Assembly (NCBI GenBank): GCA_965214615.1
Contig: OZ243952.1
Location: 2,445,734 to 2,509,733, forward strand
Direction: 5' to 3'
Length of the DNA stretch: 64,000 nucleotides
Origin: Arenicellales bacterium
GTDB taxonomy: Bacteria; Pseudomonadota; Gammaproteobacteria; Arenicellales; JAJDZL01
Positions 44,228 to 53,598 of the stretch are shown one piece after another; the stretch's first letter is position 1; every line of letters begins with the position of its first letter. The notes under the pieces were generated by a model that was given only the letters and a program-made list of their open reading frames with translations, ran no database searches and was not told the origin of the DNA. Position numbers and translations under genes: made by a program.

Positions 44228-45550
44228 CTAGCGTTTCTTCTCGTACGGGTTGCTGGAGCTTCGGAACACGACTCTCACTGAAACATAGGACAAGCCATAG
44301 TGGGACTCGATAAATCCCTCCAAATACCGCTTGTAGTGTTTCGGCACGCTGCCGACATTGTTGCCATGAATCACAACGACCGGCGGGCTGCGCCCCCCTT
44401 GATGCGCATACTTGAGCTTGACCGGACGGTTTCTCGACCTCGGCGGCGGGTGCTCTGAAATCGCACGCCGCAGCACTTCGTTCAATTTACCTGTCGTCAT
44501 TTCGACGATTGCCGACTCGTAGGCACTGACTACCGCCTTGACGAGCCGCGTCAGGCCAGTCCGCTTCAAGCCGGACGCATAGATCCAGCCATCCCGTACA
44601 AACGACAGGCGCTTGCCCAGCGACCGGTCCAATGTGTCGCGCTGATACTGACCCTTGACCAGATCGCGCTTGTTCACCACCACCAGCAGAGGTCGGCCGG
44701 CGCGCTGAATCAGTCCGGCAAGTGTCGCATCCTGATCCGTAGCGCCTTCGGATGCATCAAGCACCAGAATTGCCACATGAGCCGCATCAATTGAACGCAT
44801 AGACTTGATCACCGACAGCACCTCGAGAGATTCTTCGACTTTCGAACGCCGCCGCACGCCTGCGGTATCGATGAATCTGAATCGCTTCCCGCTATGCGCC
44901 AAAGGCACCATCACACTGTCACGGGTCGTTCCCGGAGTATCGCTGACAATCAGCCTCTCGTCCTCGGCAATTGCATTGATCAATGTGGACTTGCCGACAT
45001 TCGGCCGGCCGAGAACAGCCACTTTCGGGCCAGGGTCCTGCCACAGCGGATCCGTGTCGTCCGGCAAAGTCTCCGCGATCGACTTGAACATGGCGTGCAC
45101 ACCGTTGCCGCGACGCGCGGAAATCGCTACCGCTTCACCGAATCTCAAGGACTGAAAATCAGCAGACGCGATCGCAAGATCAAGCCCCTCGGTCTTGTTG
45201 ATGGCAACAGTGACTGGAAGATTGGCCTTGCCAAGCAGATCGGCAATGTCCTGGTCCGCAACCGTCAGACCCTCTATCGCATCGACAATCAGAACCACAT
45301 GATCGGTTTCGTCCAATACGGTTTCGACCTGGCGCCTGACCAGGCCTGAAATCCAATCCCTGTCTTCGCCGATGCCTCCCGTATCGACAATCAGAATTTC
45401 CCGGCCGTCGATTCGAGCTATGCCGTAAAGGCGATCGCGCGTCACACCGGGCGTGTCGTCGACGAGCGCATCGCGCGAATCAGTGAGGCGATTGAACAGC
45501 GTGGACTTGCCGACATTGGGACGGCCGATGATGCTGACGACGGGCAACAT
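44228..45550 (-). CDS. der: Ribosome-associated tandem GTPase Der (EngA)
   Basis: Two G domains (GRPNVGKSTLFNRL..DTGG..NKTE and GRPNVGKSTLINA..DTAG..NKRD) plus a KH-like C-terminus. Confidence 0.93.
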   Translation of the reverse strand: MLPVVSIIGRPNVGKSTLFNRLTDSRDALVDDTPGVTRDRLYGIARIDGREILIVDTGGIGEDRDWISGLVRRQVETVLDETDHVVLIVDAIEGLTVADQDIADLLGKANLPVTVAINKTEGLDLAIASADFQSLRFGEAVAISARRGNGVHAMFKSIAETLPDDTDPLWQDPGPKVAVLGRPNVGKSTLINAIAEDERLIVSDTPGTTRDSVMVPLAHSGKRFRFIDTAGVRRRSKVEESLEVLSVIKSMRSIDAAHVAILVLDASEGATDQDATLAGLIQRAGRPLLVVVNKRDLVKGQYQRDTLDRSLGKRLSFVRDGWIYASGLKRTGLTRLVKAVVSAYESAIVEMTTGKLNEVLRRAISEHPPPRSRNRPVKLKYAHQGGRSPPVVVIHGNNVGSVPKHYKRYLEGFIESHYGLSYVSVRVVFRSSSNPYEKKR

Positions 45551-45630
45551 TGAAATTCTCGCTGGCAGGTTCGCAGCGCTTGGACGCTGAATTACCGCAA
45601 AGGGTTCCGCCCGGATGAGCGGGAAGCGTC

Positions 45631-46800
45631 CTATTTGGCCACGGCTATGGAATAGGCGCGCAATTCGCCAGAGCGGAAGGCGGCATGCAAAACTTCGCCC
45701 TGGGAATAGAGCCCTTCGGAAATGACCCTTTTTCTGGTGTTCAAACGACCGACAAACTCGCCCGAGTCCACGGAAATGACGTGCATCACGCCTAGATTGT
45801 CGGCCGCGACAAGGTAATTGCCAACCTGCGCCATGGCTGCAATGCCCCTATGAAGCAGCGCCGGCTGACTCCAAATCTGTTCGCCGCTGAGCCGGTCGAC
45901 AGCAAATATTTCACTGTTGCCGCCTACTGCGAAAATGTGCAGGGAACCTCCGGCAATGCGATTGCCAATCGGCTTGGTTGCCGACCAAAGCCGCTGCAAG
46001 TTACGCAAGTCATAGGCAACCAGACTGTCCGGCAAGGCGGCGGCGTACAAGGTATGGCCAATGATGATCGAACTGGTGTTCGCATTTTCCAATCGCTCGA
46101 CATCGCCAAGGCGCCGGGCGCCTGTCGAAATTTTCCAGTTTGTGATTCCCACATCGGCATCAAAACCGACGACTTGCCCGCTTGCGTTGCCGACCACGAT
46201 GCTATCGCCGTAGGTATGCAAAGGGGCGGTAGAGCGAAGGGTGAAGTTCGGCTGATCAAATTCTCCCGCCCAGAGCTGTTCGCCGGTGGCAGCATCCAAT
46301 CCGACAAGGCTACCGTCAATCGAGCGAATGAATACGCCCCCGCGAAACACGACAGGCGTGCCGATTACCACACGGCCGAGAGGATGTCTCCACAGCTCGG
46401 CTCCGCTGTCAGGAGAACGGCCGACGACATCGCCGGACTCTGTCACGACTGCGAGCAGATTTTCCGACGCGCCGACAGCTGCCGACAGGGCTTCACCGGT
46501 TTCGACCGACCAGATGCGGCTTCCGCTGCCCGAATCGAGCGCCGATAGCCGTCCGTTCAAAGTCGCCGCATAAATGCGGCCATCAGCAAAGGCAGGCTGC
46601 AGAGTGCTGAGATTGTTTTCGAAACTGTGCCCGCTGTCAAGCTCCCACTGCTCGCTCAATACGACGCTTTGCTCAAACTTTTCCAGCTTGGCCGGCTCCG
46701 GCGGCTTGTACTTGCCCCCGCCGCAGGCTGAGACTGCAATGCACGCGACGGCGGCAAGGCAGAGCCTACGAATTGTTCGAATCTTGTACACGTGTGTCAT
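45631..46800 (-). CDS. bamB: Outer-membrane protein assembly factor BamB (PQQ-like beta-propeller lipoprotein)
   Basis: Lipobox ..CIAVSAC|GG, repeated ..G..lWs/..a.D..tG..lW.. propeller blades, and a conserved position between yfgM and der. The start overlaps the yfgM 3' end by 35 nt, so the start is uncertain. Confidence 0.85.
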   Translation of the reverse strand: MTHVYKIRTIRRLCLAAVACIAVSACGGGKYKPPEPAKLEKFEQSVVLSEQWELDSGHSFENNLSTLQPAFADGRIYAATLNGRLSALDSGSGSRIWSVETGEALSAAVGASENLLAVVTESGDVVGRSPDSGAELWRHPLGRVVIGTPVVFRGGVFIRSIDGSLVGLDAATGEQLWAGEFDQPNFTLRSTAPLHTYGDSIVVGNASGQVVGFDADVGITNWKISTGARRLGDVERLENANTSSIIIGHTLYAAALPDSLVAYDLRNLQRLWSATKPIGNRIAGGSLHIFAVGGNSEIFAVDRLSGEQIWSQPALLHRGIAAMAQVGNYLVAADNLGVMHVISVDSGEFVGRLNTRKRVISEGLYSQGEVLHAAFRSGELRAYSIAVAK

Positions 46801-47398
46801 TCATTTTCAATGTAAGCAGACTTCTGTACGGCGAGCCCGGCTCAATCGTTTCAAGACTGCGCTCATATTCGGAATGCGCCTCGGAAAAACGCTGCAGCCC
46901 GCGCAATGCGTCGCCACGCAATTCGCGATAGTGAGATTCAAAGCCGCTCATGTCGCCAATGTCCAGCACTTTCAGCGCTCCTTCATAGTCGTTTTCGGCG
47001 TTCATCAGCCGGGCAAGACGAATCCGCGCGGCATGCACGCTTGAATCCTCCGAGGCATTGTCGATCACCCACCGAAGAGCCTCGTACGCCTGATCGATTT
47101 CGCCCATTTCGTAATGAATCCGTGCGCGCAGCAAAACCGTCTGGCCCGCGTACGCAGTATCGGGGAACTCATCAACCAGCTGCTGAGCCAGCTCGTTGGC
47201 AGCCAGAAAGTTCTCATCGACCATCTCAAGCGTAATCTGCTCGTACAAATCGGATGCCGCCTCGGCCTTGCCGGTCTGATACGAGTTCCATCCGTTAAAA
47301 CCGATGACTGCGGTCAGGCCAAGTGAAACTCCGCCGATCAATGTCCAGCGGTACTCCTTCCACCAATCTTTAATTTGATCTAGTCGTTCGTCTTCCAA
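46766..47398 (-). CDS. yfgM: YfgM-family TPR membrane protein (ancillary SecYEG/chaperone-associated)
   Basis: MEDERLDQIKDWWKEYRWTLIGGVSLGLTAVIGFNGW is an N-terminal anchor. It is followed by TPR-like helices. The position between hisS and bamB is as in E. coli. Confidence 0.75.
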   Translation of the reverse strand: MEDERLDQIKDWWKEYRWTLIGGVSLGLTAVIGFNGWNSYQTGKAEAASDLYEQITLEMVDENFLAANELAQQLVDEFPDTAYAGQTVLLRARIHYEMGEIDQAYEALRWVIDNASEDSSVHAARIRLARLMNAENDYEGALKVLDIGDMSGFESHYRELRGDALRGLQRFSEAHSEYERSLETIEPGSPYRSLLTLKMNDTRVQDSNNS

Positions 47399-47439
47399 AA
47401 CTAGTCCGACTCTCTGTTGTGTTCAAATAATGTCAGGCC

Positions 47440-48717
47440 TCAGGCCTGATCTCGCTGCAATTCACCGGAAACCGATGCGACTATTGCGTCCAGGCTGACA
47501 CTGATCTGCTCGTAGGTTGACAGGTTTTTCAGCAAAGCCGAGTGCGCCTTGACTTCCGAATCGCCGATTATAATGGCAATGCGCGCTCCAGAGCGGTCGG
47601 CCTGCTTGAGCTGGCTTGCGAGCTTGCCGCCGCCGCAGTTCAGGGTCACGCCGATCCCGGCCCGGCGCAGGCGCTCTGCCGCTTGCATCCCGACTTTTTC
47701 AGCCTCGTCGCCCAGCATGGCGAGATACGCCCGCCTGGAACGCTCCGACTCGTCGCGGCTCTGCGAGCAAACCTCGACCAGCCTTTCGATGCCGCATGCG
47801 AATCCGGCGCCAGGCACCGCACCGCCGCCGAGATGCCGAACCAGTCCGTCGTATCTGCCGCCCGCGCAAACCGCGTTCTGCGCACCGAGCCCCTGGCCGG
47901 CAATCCACTCGAAAACCGTACCCGAATAGTAGTCCAGGCCCCGCACCAGACGCGGATTGACGCTGTAGGCAATACCCAGATCGTCAAGCATGGCCTGCAG
48001 TTTTTCGAAGTGACTTCGCGATTGCTCGCCCAGATACTCCGCCAAGGTCGGCGCGCCTGCGATCAGATCCTGCAAATCCGGATTCTTGCTGTCTAGAATT
48101 CTCAGCGGATTCCTTGTCAGCCTGCGAAGACTGTCGGAATCGAGGCTGTCGCGGTAGCGCTCAAAATAGTCCACCAGCGCAGTTCGATACTGCGCCCGCG
48201 ATTCGGCTTCGCCGAGCGAATTGATCTGAAGCTCTACGGAACCGGCAATGTTCAGCTGCCGCCACAGCGCCTGGCCGACCAGCATGAGCTCGGCATCGAT
48301 GTCCGGCCCGGTCCAGCCGAACGCTTCGATGCCATATTGATGGAACTGGCGGAATCGGCCCTTTTGCGGGCGTTCATAGCGAAACATGGGACCCATATAC
48401 CAAAGACGCGCTTTCGAATTGTGGAACAGGCCATGCTGGATGCCCGCGCGCACGCAGCTCGCTGTCGCTTCCGGTCGCAGCGTGATTGACTCGCCGCTGT
48501 TGTCGGCGAAGGTGTACATCTCCTTTTCGACAATGTCCGTCGCTTCGCCGATCGAGCGCTTGAACAATTCTGTGCGTTCCAAAAGCGGCAGACGAATTTC
48601 AAGGTAGCCGTACAGATCTGAAACACGTCGTATCGCACGCTCGACATCCTGCCAAAGCGCCACGGCGTCGGGCAGAAGATCAGGCATCCCGCGCACCGAC
48701 TGAATGTGGCCTCCCAC
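47440..48717 (-). CDS. hisS: Histidine--tRNA ligase
   Basis: ..VRGMPDLLP......W......I.......YGY.EIR.P..E...LF.RS.GE.TDIV.KEMY.F......SITLRPE.TA..VRA... and ..GGGRYDGL class II motifs. GTG start shares one nt with the rlmN stop (TAGTG). Confidence 0.93.
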   Translation of the reverse strand: MGGHIQSVRGMPDLLPDAVALWQDVERAIRRVSDLYGYLEIRLPLLERTELFKRSIGEATDIVEKEMYTFADNSGESITLRPEATASCVRAGIQHGLFHNSKARLWYMGPMFRYERPQKGRFRQFHQYGIEAFGWTGPDIDAELMLVGQALWRQLNIAGSVELQINSLGEAESRAQYRTALVDYFERYRDSLDSDSLRRLTRNPLRILDSKNPDLQDLIAGAPTLAEYLGEQSRSHFEKLQAMLDDLGIAYSVNPRLVRGLDYYSGTVFEWIAGQGLGAQNAVCAGGRYDGLVRHLGGGAVPGAGFACGIERLVEVCSQSRDESERSRRAYLAMLGDEAEKVGMQAAERLRRAGIGVTLNCGGGKLASQLKQADRSGARIAIIIGDSEVKAHSALLKNLSTYEQISVSLDAIVASVSGELQRDQA

Positions 48718-49853
48718 TAGCCCTGCCCCGCCAAAGATGCGGCCTGCGCAGTCTGCGCCGTGCGCTGCTGGCGAAGAAGCTTTTCATTGAACCTGATCGA
48801 ACGCCTGGTCCTGTCCTCGAACTTGCCCGCCAGCTGTCCGCATGCTGCGTCGACATCATCGCCTCGGGTTTTTCGCGTAATAGTCATCACTCCGGCATTC
48901 AGCAGCACGGTTCTGAAACGGTCGATCACATCCCGGCTGCTGCGGCGATAAGCCAATCCCCTTACCGGGTTATAGGGAATCAGATTCACCTTCGCCGGAA
49001 CATCCTCCAGCTGCCGCACCAGCTGCCGCGCATGATCCAGGCTGTCATTGACGCCGGCGAGCATGATGTATTCGAAAGTCACGCGGGCACGGTGATTGTC
49101 CATCACATAGCGGCGGCAGGCGTCAAGCAGTTCGCGGATCGGGTACTTCCTATTCAAAGGCACAAGCCGGTCTCGCAGTTCGTCGTTCGGTGCATGCAGC
49201 GACACCGCCAGACTCACCGGACAATCGGTGCGCAAACGGTCGATTGCCGGAACCACGCCCGCAGTACTCAGGGTAACGCGGCGTTTCGAGAATCCGTAGC
49301 TGCAGTCATCAAGCATCAGATTGAGCGCCGGCACCACCTGGTCGTAGTTCATCAGCGGCTCGCCCATGCCCATCAGGACAATGTTGGTGATCGCCTGATC
49401 GGACGAAGTATCGGCGGCAAGCAAATTTCGCGCCAGAAATACCTGCCCGATAATCTCCGCCGCGTCTAGATTCCGATTAAAGCCGTGGTGTCCGGTCGCG
49501 CAGAACGAGCACGTCAGCGAGCATCCGACCTGCGAAGAGACGCACAGCGTTCCCCGAGGGGGCTCAGGAATGAAAACGGTTTCAATGCAATTTCCGTCAT
49601 GCAGCGAAAAAAGCCATTTTCTCGTTCCGTCGAATGACTTGGATTCGCTTGCGACTGCGGGCAGGTCGCACACTGCCGATTCGCTTAGATGCGCACGCAG
49701 CACCTTGCTCAAATCCGTCATCGCATCAAAGCGCATGACGCTTCGCTGATGAATCCACTTCATCAGCTGATCGGCACGGAATGACGGTTCGCCCAGGTCG
49801 GCGAAGTACGCCTTCAGTCCTTCGCGGTCGAGATTGAACAGGTTTTGCTTCAA
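48717..49853 (-). CDS. rlmN: 23S rRNA/tRNA adenine-C2 methyltransferase RlmN (radical SAM)
   Basis: ..[32 protein letters not shown].., the radical-SAM Cys cluster [16 protein letters not shown], ..MGMGEPL.N.. and ..EYIML.GVNDS. Start set at TTG 49853, 28 nt after the ndk stop. The ORF-track N-extension overlaps ndk and is rejected. The start is uncertain. Confidence 0.88.
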   Translation of the reverse strand: MKQNLFNLDREGLKAYFADLGEPSFRADQLMKWIHQRSVMRFDAMTDLSKVLRAHLSESAVCDLPAVASESKSFDGTRKWLFSLHDGNCIETVFIPEPPRGTLCVSSQVGCSLTCSFCATGHHGFNRNLDAAEIIGQVFLARNLLAADTSSDQAITNIVLMGMGEPLMNYDQVVPALNLMLDDCSYGFSKRRVTLSTAGVVPAIDRLRTDCPVSLAVSLHAPNDELRDRLVPLNRKYPIRELLDACRRYVMDNHRARVTFEYIMLAGVNDSLDHARQLVRQLEDVPAKVNLIPYNPVRGLAYRRSSRDVIDRFRTVLLNAGVMTITRKTRGDDVDAACGQLAGKFEDRTRRSIRFNEKLLRQQRTAQTAQAASLAGQG

Positions 49854-49881
49854 TTGTGATCCGTGCGCTGCAACGCGAATT

Positions 49882-50310
49882 CTAGTTCCGGCTGTGTATC
49901 TGATCGGCGGAAAAGAAAAATGCAATTTCAGATTTCGCAGTCTCCGGGGCGTCGGATCCGTGAACACTGTTTCGTTCGACGTTTTCGGCAAAATCGGCCC
50001 TGATCGTGCCGTCTGCGGCATCGGCCGGATTGGTGGCGCCCATGATTTCACGGTTTTTCGCGATGGCCCCCTCGCCTTCGAGCACCTGAACCACGATCGG
50101 CCCCGACTGCATGTAGGACACGAGGCTGGCGAAAAACGGACGATCCTTGTGGACCGCATAGAAACCCTGCGCCTGCTCAAGGCTCAGATGCAGCATCCGG
50201 CACGCGACAATGGACAGCCCGCCGGCTTCAAAGCGTCGATTGATATCGCCGATAAGATCGCGGCCTACGGCATCAGGTTTGATAATGGACAAGGTCTGTT
50301 CTATAGCCAT
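49882..50310 (-). CDS. ndk: Nucleoside diphosphate kinase
   Basis: [15 protein letters not shown]......I..RFE..GL.IVA.......L....A..FY..H..RPFF..LV.YM.SGP.VV.VLEGE.AI...[16 protein letters not shown].....N.VHGSD. Start moved to the Met at 50310. Confidence 0.93.
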   Translation of the reverse strand: MAIEQTLSIIKPDAVGRDLIGDINRRFEAGGLSIVACRMLHLSLEQAQGFYAVHKDRPFFASLVSYMQSGPIVVQVLEGEGAIAKNREIMGATNPADAADGTIRADFAENVERNSVHGSDAPETAKSEIAFFFSADQIHSRN

Positions 50311-50447
50311 TGGGCATTCCCTAAACAATGAATTGGTGAATATTGCGGGCTGCGGCAGCAAATTGCCGCAGCCATGAATAACTTCGACGCCTCAGCGGGC
50401 ATTTTACGGAACTTGCCGGACAATGTTGTAATTGAGCGCAAGCGCCT

Positions 50448-51749
50448 TTAGGACACCGTCTCGCCGCAAAGACCGTCCTGCTCAAATCCGGTAACGCGCA
50501 CACGGCACCATGCGGCGCCTGCGTCCAATCGGTCCGCAGGAACATAAACCGGCAGGTAATTCGCCATTCTAGTGCGCACAAGCGCTGATTCGCGGGCACA
50601 GCGGCTCTCGACCAAGGCGTCGCAGGTGCGCCCGACGTAGCGCGTCAGCACGTCTTTTCGCACTTGCTCTCCTACCCGTCTCAATCGTGCCGCGCGCGAT
50701 TTTCGCACCGCCGCAGGCACCTGATTCGGAATCCGCGCCGCCGGCGTTCCCGACCGCTGCGAATAGGCGAAAACGTGCGGATAGGCGATTTGGAGTTCTC
50801 GCACAGCTGTCACCGTCTGTTCAAAGTCCGATTCCGTTTCCGTCGGGAATCCGGTCATGATGTCCGCCGACAGAACCAGATCCGGCAGCGATTCGCGCAA
50901 GATCGCAACCGCCCGATATGCGTCTTCCTTCGTATATCGCCGCTTCATCCGCTTCAGGATGATCGGCGCGGCGCTTTGCAGCGACAGATGGATATGCGGG
51001 CAGATGTTGCCGTTTTCGCGGAACACCTCGATCAGGTCTTCGCCGATATGCGCCGGGTCAATCGAACTGAGGCGGATGCGAAGATCGCGGTGCCGCTGCG
51101 CAATGTGCCCCGCAAGGGCCGCCAGTGAGATTTGACTGGTGCCGCCGGCATTCAAATCCATGCCGTATGCCCCGAGATCGATTCCGCAAAGGACGATCTC
51201 CCTAAAACCCCGGTTCGCGAACGATTCAATCTGGCGATTGATCGCGGTCGGCAGAATGGACCGGCTCGGGCCGCGCGCCTTGTGAATGATGCAAAACGTA
51301 CAGCCATTGTCGCAGCCCTGCTGAATTTGCACGAACGCCCGGCTTCTCGACTCAAACCCGACGGGAATCTCGCCAGGCAATGCGCCATCGGGACTGGGCG
51401 CCATCACATCGGGACCATCCGCCGCCTTTTTCCGGCCTGCGATCAGATCCGGTATTTCAAGCTTTCTCGATCCGGGAACGACAAGATCGACTCCGGGCAG
51501 CTGCGCGCACTCGTCGGGCTGCATTTCGGCGTAGCAGCCGGTCACTACGATCAGCGAACCCGGATGATTGCGAACCGCCTTGCGGATCGTCTGGCGCGAC
51601 TGGCGGTCCGCTTCGCGCGTTACAGTGCAGGTGTTGATGACGCAAACGCCATCAGCGCCTTCAGGCGATTTGCCTCGCATGCGGTAGGCGATTTGCTCGG
51701 ATTCGTACAGATTGACTTTGCAGCCAAGCGTTTCTACTGCGACGTTCAT
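50448..51749 (-). CDS. mtaB: tRNA t6A37 methylthiotransferase MtaB (MiaB-family radical SAM)
   Basis: MNVAVETLGCKVNLYESEQIA...VCVINTCTVTREADRQSRQTIRKAVRNHPGSLIVVTGCYAEMQP... and QQGCDNGCTFCIIHKARGPSRS are colinear by eye with B. subtilis MtaB (YqeV). C-terminal TRAM-like segment. Confidence 0.85.
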   Translation of the reverse strand: MNVAVETLGCKVNLYESEQIAYRMRGKSPEGADGVCVINTCTVTREADRQSRQTIRKAVRNHPGSLIVVTGCYAEMQPDECAQLPGVDLVVPGSRKLEIPDLIAGRKKAADGPDVMAPSPDGALPGEIPVGFESRSRAFVQIQQGCDNGCTFCIIHKARGPSRSILPTAINRQIESFANRGFREIVLCGIDLGAYGMDLNAGGTSQISLAALAGHIAQRHRDLRIRLSSIDPAHIGEDLIEVFRENGNICPHIHLSLQSAAPIILKRMKRRYTKEDAYRAVAILRESLPDLVLSADIMTGFPTETESDFEQTVTAVRELQIAYPHVFAYSQRSGTPAARIPNQVPAAVRKSRAARLRRVGEQVRKDVLTRYVGRTCDALVESRCARESALVRTRMANYLPVYVPADRLDAGAAWCRVRVTGFEQDGLCGETVS

Positions 51750-51852
51750 GGCTTATTGGCAAACAGGCAATCGGAAAAAACGAAGACAAGACCGGCCGGC
51801 GTGGCGGTACGGACAGGAGAACCCGTTCGCACCCCGGCCGGCACCAATTCTG

Positions 51853-52176
51853 CTAGTGTACGGTGAAGCTCTCGCCGCAGCCGCACTCTGCGCTGGCATT
51901 GGGGTTGACGAAAATGAACGCTTCGCCGAGTTCGTCCGTCTTCAGATCGATGGTGGTTCCATCGACCAGGCTCAGGCTGTCCTCATCAACGACAATCCGG
52001 ATGCCGCGACTTTGGAACACGTGGTCGCCCGGTTCAGCCTGGTCGACGAAATCAAGTACATAGGCAAAGCCGGAGCAACCGGTCTTGCGTACGCCGAAGC
52101 GAATATCCCTGTCCTGTCCCTCGTGCAGGCGCCTTCGAATTCGCGCCGCAGCAGGCTTTGTGAGTGTTACAGACAT
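51853..52176 (-). CDS. iscA: IscA/HesB-family iron-sulfur cluster carrier
   Basis: ..RFGVRKTGCSGFAYVLDFVD......D.VF...G...VVD..SL..L.GT..D........F.F.NPNA..ECGCGESF. Three conserved Cys; very close by eye to E. coli IscA. Not located in an isc operon. Confidence 0.85.
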   Translation of the reverse strand: MSVTLTKPAAARIRRRLHEGQDRDIRFGVRKTGCSGFAYVLDFVDQAEPGDHVFQSRGIRIVVDEDSLSLVDGTTIDLKTDELGEAFIFVNPNASAECGCGESFTVH

Positions 52177-52298
52177 TGGCAGTATTTCAATATTGCAGGT
52201 TAAAGGGCATCCATTACCCTATATGTATGTTCCCAATTATAAGCATTCAAGCGGCCAGGTCGAACTTTCGTTCATGCCAGGGTCAAAATCCGCCCCGG

Positions 52299-52841
52299 TC
52301 ACACCGGTTCGCATTGCCAGATAATTTGCTCGACCAGCTTCCGGTCCGAATAGTCCAGCTCGAATCTGCCCGCCGCAGAAGTATTTTCAATCGCATATTC
52401 GAACCTGCCGACCCCATGAGTCGCAAGCACGCCTGCAAGCCGCAGCATCCAGGCATAGGCATCTGCATCCGACTCGCCTCGAATCAGATGAAGCGCGCTG
52501 CGGGACGGAGCCACTGCAAGCCATGTCGCAGTGAACTCGCCGTGATCTGCCGTCAGGGTCATCTTGCGAACGAAAGAGCCATCCTGCACGCGCCGGTGCG
52601 AAATCAGCATAAATACGGTGGCGCCGCAACTGAATATGAAATACGGCTCGTGTTCTGACTCCGGGCGCGGCGCGCCTGCCGTACACATCACCGAATGCCC
52701 GTAGGTTAGAGCGATGCATCGTTCCGAACGAAGCGGGTCAGGACCGAATTGATCGGTCGCCTCGCCGCCCGCCCCTTCGCCGGACATCTGCAAGGCAACC
52801 GCAGCGACCGCTATAGAATAGGCGAAACGCCGTCGATTCAT
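52299..52841 (-). CDS. Hypothetical exported protein
   Basis: Start moved to the Met at 52841 (MNRRRFAYSIAVAAVALQ, signal-like), 10 nt after the upstream gene's stop. No family recognised. Confidence 0.5.
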   Translation of the reverse strand: MNRRRFAYSIAVAAVALQMSGEGAGGEATDQFGPDPLRSERCIALTYGHSVMCTAGAPRPESEHEPYFIFSCGATVFMLISHRRVQDGSFVRKMTLTADHGEFTATWLAVAPSRSALHLIRGESDADAYAWMLRLAGVLATHGVGRFEYAIENTSAAGRFELDYSDRKLVEQIIWQCEPV

Positions 52842-52851
52842 GAAAATACCG

Positions 52852-53598
52852 TCAATTGCGCAATCCGATGATTCCCCACCCCGGAAGCCTGATCGCCAAA
52901 TCAAGGGGATCGATTCCGAAATGGGCGCCGCCAAGGTTGAATTCAATGCCTTCGGCGACTGCGACCGTCACCCCGATAACGCCCAGCACCGATATCTGAT
53001 AGCCGGTGCCGCTCGGAGCGCGTGCAAAAAACTGCGTCGCCCCCAGCCAGTCCTTGCCGATGGATGTCGGGGGCAGATCAGCCCGCAGCTCGGGCACTTT
53101 GCGAGCAATCCAGGCAACGAACGTATTGCTGTTCGGCCCCGGCCATACGCGATACTGCTCCGCATACGGGTAGTCAAGAGCCGCCCGATGAATCCTCCCT
53201 ATCAGCGCTTCAGCCTCGGGTCCCCGCAAATCCGACAGCACTGCCGGGCGATTGCCGTACCAATGCCTGTCGGGAGTGTCTTTTTCGATCGACAATACGG
53301 GGCGGCCGTAGTACGCACGCCAGCCGATGACCTGGTAGACCGTATATTCATTGGCATTTGCAGGCTTGACCGAGACCCATGAATGCACGGCGAAAGCCCC
53401 TCGCCAACCCCAGGCGCGCGCCGCATAGACCTGCGCCACAGCACCCGGGTGGTGCTCCGGGTGCGGGGCGATTCCGGCGGACCCGGTGGCCGCTTCGTAC
53501 CAGCGCTTGCCCAAGGCACCCTCAGTAAACGACAGAACTGCCGGACCGGACAGCAGGATCAATAATGCGATGCCAATCCATAGGGACAGACGCTTCAA
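52852..53598 (-). CDS. Membrane-anchored conserved protein (DUF3750-like)
   Basis: TTG start overlapping the trmJ stop. MKRLSLWIGIALLILLSGPAVL is an anchor. ..VYAARAWGWRGAFAVHSWVSVK......Y.VYQV.GW......L......PD..WYG..P......RG..AE.LI..I..A...YPY...Y..WPGPNSNTFVAWI. The family name is from memory. Confidence 0.6.
   Translation of the reverse strand: MKRLSLWIGIALLILLSGPAVLSFTEGALGKRWYEAATGSAGIAPHPEHHPGAVAQVYAARAWGWRGAFAVHSWVSVKPANANEYTVYQVIGWRAYYGRPVLSIEKDTPDRHWYGNRPAVLSDLRGPEAEALIGRIHRAALDYPYAEQYRVWPGPNSNTFVAWIARKVPELRADLPPTSIGKDWLGATQFFARAPSGTGYQISVLGVIGVTVAVAEGIEFNLGGAHFGIDPLDLAIRLPGWGIIGLRN

Noticed and set aside
48717-50180. N-terminally extended ORF-track models (rlmN 487 aa; likewise ugd 506 aa, trmJ 293 aa, ndk 159 aa, hydratase 292 aa, pdxJ 280 aa, MttB 541 aa)
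   Set aside because: The extensions overlap the upstream gene or are Arg/Cys/Ser-rich and lack homology to the family N-termini. Internal starts reproduce the canonical N-termini.
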